In this document: positions 59,339 through 64,000 of the stretch, one piece after another | How the letters are laid out: every line of letters begins with the position of its first letter | Position numbering within the stretch: position 1 is the stretch's first letter | The notes under the pieces: model-generated | What the model was told of the DNA's origin: nothing | The model's database searches: none | What the model saw: the letters and a program-made list of their open reading frames with translations, nothing else | Position numbers and translations under genes: made by a program | Source: Candidatus Eiseniibacteriota bacterium | Lineage (GTDB): Bacteria; Eisenbacteria; RBG-16-71-46; SZUA-252 | Direction: 5' to 3' | DNA length: 64,000 bases | NCBI GenBank assembly: GCA_031370645.1 | Contig: JANMQV010000171.1 | Coordinates: 1-64,000 of the forward strand

Positions 59339-61090
59339 ATGGACCGCGACCTCGAGGCCCCAGAAAGAATCGCCCTTGCCACGACGGGCGCCGAACTCAT
59401 CGCCGAGGGATTCGAACGCTATCTGACGCGCTTCCGCGCCTTGACGGGCGAAGCCCGCGGCAATTTCGAACGAAGCGACTGGCCGTCCATTCAGCGCGGC
59501 GCCAAGAATCGGCTCGATCTCTACGGTGGGTTCGTCGTTCGGTCGGTCAGCGCCATCCACGAACTCCTCGGCCGGCACGCGGGAGAGCGGGAGACGTGGG
59601 CGGCCATCCGGGCGGTCTTCGAACGGCGGATCGCGCTCCACCCCGAGCGAGAACTGGCGGAGACTTTCTTCAATTCAAACGTACGGCGGGTCTTCCACAC
59701 CGTCGGAGTCGATCCCCTCGTCGAATTCGTGCGGGCGGAGACCTTCCCCGCGCGCTACGCACCCCCCTGGAGTTTCACAGAGGTCTATCACCGCGAGGGG
59801 ACGCTCGACGAGGTCTTGCAGCGTGTTCTTCGCGACAGCGGCTTCACGATCCCCTGGGACGATCTCCAAGGAGACGCGGCGCGCGTGGCGGCGGCGCTCG
59901 CGGCCCAGATCCAGCCGGGCGACGTCGAGGCGATCGAGATGGTGTGCGCCCCTTTCTTCCGTGGAAAGGGCGCCTATCTGGCGGGACAAATTCAGACGCG
60001 CGGCGGGAGGATTCCCCTCCTGCTGGCGCTTCGCAACCCCGCCGGGTCGATCCTCCTCGACGCCGCCCTTTTCACCGAGGACGAGATGAGCGTCGTTTTC
60101 AGTTTCGCGCACACCTACTTCTTCGTGGAGCTTGAACGCGTGAAGGAGATGGTCGATTTCCTCGCCTCGATGCTCCCCCGGAAGCCGATCGCCGATCTCT
60201 GGAGCGCCCTCGGATTCCACCGCCACGCGAAGACGGAACTCTACCGCTCCCTCCTCCACCACCTCGCCACCAGCAACGAGCAGTTCGACGTGGCGGTCGG
60301 GCAGCGGGGGCTCGTCATGGTGGTCTTCGCGCTGCCGGGCTTCGACGTCGTGTTCAAGGTGATCCGCGACCGCTTCCCGCCGCCGAAGACCGTGACGCAC
60401 GAGGTGGTCCGCGAGAAATACCGGCTCGTCTTCCGGCACGACCGAGCCGGCCGGCTCGTCGACGCGCAGGAGTTCGAACATCTCGAGTTCCCGCGCGCGC
60501 GATTCACTCCCGCCCTGCTCCAAGAACTGGCCACGTCGGCGTCCGAATCGGTGGAGGTGCGCGAATCGACCGTCGTGCTCCGGCACCTCTATACGGAACG
60601 TCGGCTCATCCCGCTCGACGTCTTCCTGCAAGACGCGCCCGCCATGGACGCGCGTGCCGCGGTGCTCGAGTACGGCCAGGTGATGCGCGACCTGGCCGCG
60701 ACGAATATCTTCCCGGGCGACATGCTCCTCAAGAATTTCGGCGTCTCCCGTCACGGACGCGTCATCTTCTACGACTACGACGAGCTCTGTCTCCTCACCG
60801 ACTGCCGCTTCCGGGACCTACCTTCGGCTACCACCGCGGAGGAGGAAGTGGCGCTGGAACCGTGGTACTTTGTGGGGGAAGACGACATTTTTCCCGAAGA
60901 GTTCCGGGCATTCCTGGGGCTGCGAGGTGAGTTGTTGGAATCGTTCCTCGCGTCGCACGGTGAGCTCCTGGAGCCCGCCTTCTGGCGGCGCATGCAGGAT
61001 CTCCACAGCCAGGGCGTGGTGCCCGACATCTATCCCTACCCGGCGTCGCGGCGGCTCCGCCCCGAGGATGCCCGGTGGGAGGCAACCTGA
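59339..61090 (+). CDS. aceK: Bifunctional isocitrate dehydrogenase kinase/phosphatase
   Basis: [74 protein letters not shown]. Confidence 0.95.
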   Translation: MDRDLEAPERIALATTGAELIAEGFERYLTRFRALTGEARGNFERSDWPSIQRGAKNRLDLYGGFVVRSVSAIHELLGRHAGERETWAAIRAVFERRIALHPERELAETFFNSNVRRVFHTVGVDPLVEFVRAETFPARYAPPWSFTEVYHREGTLDEVLQRVLRDSGFTIPWDDLQGDAARVAAALAAQIQPGDVEAIEMVCAPFFRGKGAYLAGQIQTRGGRIPLLLALRNPAGSILLDAALFTEDEMSVVFSFAHTYFFVELERVKEMVDFLASMLPRKPIADLWSALGFHRHAKTELYRSLLHHLATSNEQFDVAVGQRGLVMVVFALPGFDVVFKVIRDRFPPPKTVTHEVVREKYRLVFRHDRAGRLVDAQEFEHLEFPRARFTPALLQELATSASESVEVRESTVVLRHLYTERRLIPLDVFLQDAPAMDARAAVLEYGQVMRDLAATNIFPGDMLLKNFGVSRHGRVIFYDYDELCLLTDCRFRDLPSATTAEEEVALEPWYFVGEDDIFPEEFRAFLGLRGELLESFLASHGELLEPAFWRRMQDLHSQGVVPDIYPYPASRRLRPEDARWEAT

Positions 61091-61124
61091 GCCCGCGCCC
61101 CGCGCGGCAGGAGGAGACCGAACG

Positions 61125-62408
61125 ATGAGTGTCGCCCAAGGCGAAGCCATCACCCTACGCAACGGCAAGATGGTCGTCCCGAATCACCCCGTCATTCCCT
61201 TCATCGAGGGCGACGGCACGGGTCCCGACATCTGGCGCGCTTCGGTCCGCGTGCTCGACGCCGCCGTCCAGAAAGCCTACAAGGGCGAGCGGAAGATCGA
61301 GTGGCACGAGGTGCTGGCCGGACAGAAGGCGTTCGATTCGACCGGCAACTGGCTTCCGGACGCCACGCTCGACGCGTTCCGCGCCTATCTGGTCGGCATC
61401 AAGGGACCGCTTACCACGCCGATCGGCGGCGGCATTCGGTCGCTGAACGTGGCGCTTCGCCAGATCCTCGATCTCTACGTCTGCCTCCGACCGGTCCGCT
61501 GGTTCCAGGGGGTCCCGTCGCCCGTCCGGGCGCCGGAGAAGGTGAACATGGTGATCTTCCGGGAGAACACGGAGGACATCTACGCCGGGATCGAGTTCGC
61601 GGAGGGTTCCGAGGAGGTTCGGAAGGTCCTCGAGTTCATGAAGTCGACCTTTCCCTCGAGCTACAAGAAGATCCGCTTCCCCGAGAGCACGGCCATCGGT
61701 TTCAAGCCGGTCTCGCGCGAGGGGACCGAGCGGCTCATTCGCGCCGCCATCGCGTACGCCGTCGACCAGAAGCGGAAGAGCGTCACGATCGTCCACAAGG
61801 GAAACATCATGAAGTTCACCGAGGGGGCGTTCCGCAACTGGAGCTACGAGCTGGCCGAGCGGGAATTCGCGGCCAAGGTCTACACCTGGGAGCAGTGGGA
61901 GCGGACGCGGGCCGCGAAGGGCGAAGAGGCGGCGAACCAGGAGCAGAAGGCGGCTCTCGCGTCGGGTAAGGTCCTGATCAAGGACGCGATCGCCGACATC
62001 ACGCTGCAGCAAGTGCTGACGCGCCCCGACGAGTTCGACGTCCTCGCGACGCTCAATCTGAACGGCGATTACCTTTCGGACGCGCTGGCCGCTCAGGTCG
62101 GCGGGATCGGCATCGCGCCGGGCGGGAACATCAACTACATGACGGGCCACGCCGTCTTCGAGGCGACGCACGGCACGGCGCCGAAATACGCCAATCTCGA
62201 CAAGGTGAATCCGGGATCGCTGATTCTCTCCGGCGAGATGATGCTCCGCTACCTCGGTTGGAACGAGGCCGCCGACCTGATCATTCGCGGCATGGACGGC
62301 GCGATCGGGAGCAAGCGAGTCACCTACGACTTCGCCCGCCTCATGCCGGGCGCGAGCGAGGTGAAGTGCAGCGAGTTCGGAGACAACATCATCGCCCACA
62401 TGGCGTAG
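61125..62408 (+). CDS. icd: NADP-dependent isocitrate dehydrogenase (E. coli type)
   Basis: [72 protein letters not shown]. Confidence 0.96.
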   Translation: MSVAQGEAITLRNGKMVVPNHPVIPFIEGDGTGPDIWRASVRVLDAAVQKAYKGERKIEWHEVLAGQKAFDSTGNWLPDATLDAFRAYLVGIKGPLTTPIGGGIRSLNVALRQILDLYVCLRPVRWFQGVPSPVRAPEKVNMVIFRENTEDIYAGIEFAEGSEEVRKVLEFMKSTFPSSYKKIRFPESTAIGFKPVSREGTERLIRAAIAYAVDQKRKSVTIVHKGNIMKFTEGAFRNWSYELAEREFAAKVYTWEQWERTRAAKGEEAANQEQKAALASGKVLIKDAIADITLQQVLTRPDEFDVLATLNLNGDYLSDALAAQVGGIGIAPGGNINYMTGHAVFEATHGTAPKYANLDKVNPGSLILSGEMMLRYLGWNEAADLIIRGMDGAIGSKRVTYDFARLMPGASEVKCSEFGDNIIAHMA

Positions 62409-62411
62409 GCC

Positions 62412-62999
62412 TCACGACTTGCCGGGGAGGATCGTCTCGAGTTTGGCGGTGAGTTCTTTCGCGAGCGGTTCGGTCTTCGACCCGAAACGGGCCACGACAT
62501 GCCCGTCGGGCGCGACAAGGAATTTGTTGAAGTTCCACGAGATGTCGCCCTTGAACCCCGAATCGCGTGTGAGGAAACCGTAGAGGGGGTGGATTCCCTT
62601 CCCTTTCACGCTGATCTTGGAGAAGAGCGGAAACGTCGTCTTGTACTTCGTGCTGCAGAATGTCTTGATCTCCGCGTCGCTCCCCGGTTCCTGCCCCATG
62701 AAGTTGTTCGCCGGAAACCCCAGCACCACGAATCCGCGGTCGCGATACTTCTCGTAGAGCGACTCGAGCCCCTCGTATTGGGGCGTGAATCCGCACTTCG
62801 AGGCGGTGTTCACGATCAAGAGCGCCTTCCCTTTGTAGGCGGAGAGCGATTGCTCGACACCGTCGATCGTCACGGCCTTGAAGTCGTGAACCGTGCGGCC
62901 CTCGGGCGTTGGGGCCCCGTGTGGAGCGGCGTCGGCGGAGACTACCATCCCGAGCGAGGCGGCTGCGGCGGTCAAGAGCGAGAGGCGAAGGAAGTTCAT
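62412..62999 (-). CDS. Cys-type glutathione peroxidase family protein with signal peptide
   Basis: VNTASKCGFTPQY, GFPANNFMGQEPG, WNFNKFL. Confidence 0.92.
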   Translation of the reverse strand: MNFLRLSLLTAAAASLGMVVSADAAPHGAPTPEGRTVHDFKAVTIDGVEQSLSAYKGKALLIVNTASKCGFTPQYEGLESLYEKYRDRGFVVLGFPANNFMGQEPGSDAEIKTFCSTKYKTTFPLFSKISVKGKGIHPLYGFLTRDSGFKGDISWNFNKFLVAPDGHVVARFGSKTEPLAKELTAKLETILPGKS

Positions 63000-63095
63000 G
63001 AAGGTCTCCCGGAGTTTGGATCGGTGCGATGAAGGCTGATCACCTTTGGATGGCGTCTGATCCCGGGCGATTCGCCTCATCGGAAGAAATCGCCG

Positions 63096-64000
63096 CTACC
63101 GCGTGGCGCCCGCCCGGACGACTTCTCCAAGCGCCGTGACGGCGGCGCGGAGCTGCTCGTCGCGGAGATAGGGTGCCGGGCCGAGGCGGAGAATCTCGCC
63201 CCGGTGGTCCGTGAGGACGCCCCGGTCGCGTAGCGCCGCGCCGATGGCGCCGGCGCTCGGCGCACGAAGCGCGAGAAATCCGCCGAGATCCGTCACCGGG
63301 GTCGCGCGATCTCGTGTAATGGCGGCGGGATCGAGGTCGAGGGCGTCGAAGGCGCTCGCCACGAGCCCCACCTGGTGCTGGCTGATGTCCCGAAGTCGCT
63401 CCGCCGTGAGACCCTCCTCCTCGAAGAATCGAAAGACACGCGCCGCCCGGTAGTGGCTCGTCGGATCGTACGTCGCCCCGGCCCATCGCGCCGGCCCCTC
63501 GCCGTACGGCACTTCTCCGTCCGCGCGTTGCGTCAATCGCGCGAACTCGCTGTACCAGCCGGTGAGAATCGGCCGCAGATCGTCCCGTGCCGGCGGCACA
63601 CGAAGGAACGCGACCCCTTCCCCGAGTTGGCAATACTTGTAGCCTCCACCCACCACGAAAGCGCTTTCGAGTCCGTCCCGCGCCATGTCGGCGGGGACGA
63701 CATTCAGCTGGTGGTAGGCATCGACGAGAAGTTCCGCTCCGTGCCGACGACACGCCACCGCCAGCGCGCCGAGATTCGGCACGATGCGCGACGTCGCGAA
63801 AAGGACCGACGAGACGAGCACCGCGGCGGTCCGCCCGTCGACCGCGGCCGCCAAGCGCTCCGTCAGCGTCGCGACGGGTGTCGCCGCGACTCGCACGACT
63901 TCGAGGCGTCCCTCCTCGGAGAGCCGGTCGAGGTGCCGGCGGATCGTGTGAAACTCTTCGTCGGTCGTGACGAGCCGCGGACGGCGGTCGAGCGGGAGCG
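63096..64000 (-). CDS. kynU: Kynureninase / class V PLP enzyme (5' end outside window)
   Basis: LVDAYH, VGGGYKYCQLGEG, TGWYSEF, GATYDPTSHYR, DHRGEILRLGPAPY. Confidence 0.8.
   Translation of the reverse strand, partial: LPLDRRPRLVTTDEEFHTIRRHLDRLSEEGRLEVVRVAATPVATLTERLAAAVDGRTAAVLVSSVLFATSRIVPNLGALAVACRRHGAELLVDAYHQLNVVPADMARDGLESAFVVGGGYKYCQLGEGVAFLRVPPARDDLRPILTGWYSEFARLTQRADGEVPYGEGPARWAGATYDPTSHYRAARVFRFFEEEGLTAERLRDISQHQVGLVASAFDALDLDPAAITRDRATPVTDLGGFLALRAPSAGAIGAALRDRGVLTDHRGEILRLGPAPYLRDEQLRAAVTALGEVVRAGATR

Noticed and set aside
62780-62810. Selenocysteine in the glutathione peroxidase
   Set aside because: The active-site codon is TGC (Cys), not TGA.

Overview
A 64-kb window of a high-GC (roughly two-thirds G+C by eye) diderm bacterial chromosome, densely coding, with no rRNA, tRNA, CRISPR array, transposase or phage gene that I can recognise. 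It carries about 50 genes. Envelope and protease genes: M15, M23, M16 and M32 peptidases and rlpA. Regulators: an internally deleted ECF sigma factor next to a Ser/Thr kinase, an NtrY/NtrX-like two-component pair and a Crp/Fnr protein. Central metabolism: ppk2, maeB, gdhA, aceK-icd and kynU. Respiration: a complete cbb3 oxidase cluster with a ccoN-ccoO fusion. Best candidates for undescribed biology: (1) a five-gene respiratory operon (50520-57453) with 40 CxxCH motifs around a Rieske protein and a cytochrome b that has lost one bH haem ligand (His to Arg) and has PPWY in place of PEWY; (2) a translationally coupled four-gene operon (GcvT-like folate-binding protein, two PYROXD2/phytoene-dehydrogenase-like flavoproteins, Rieske oxygenase with no reductase gene) that looks like an uncharacterised N-demethylation pathway; (3) a receiver/PPDK_N fusion protein downstream of gdhA. 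The window also has four sigma54-type promoters, unannotated small membrane ORFs and recurring leaderless-type starts. All calls come from motif recognition in the sequence and translations; no database search was run. Start codons were re-picked by hand where the ORF track overextends.
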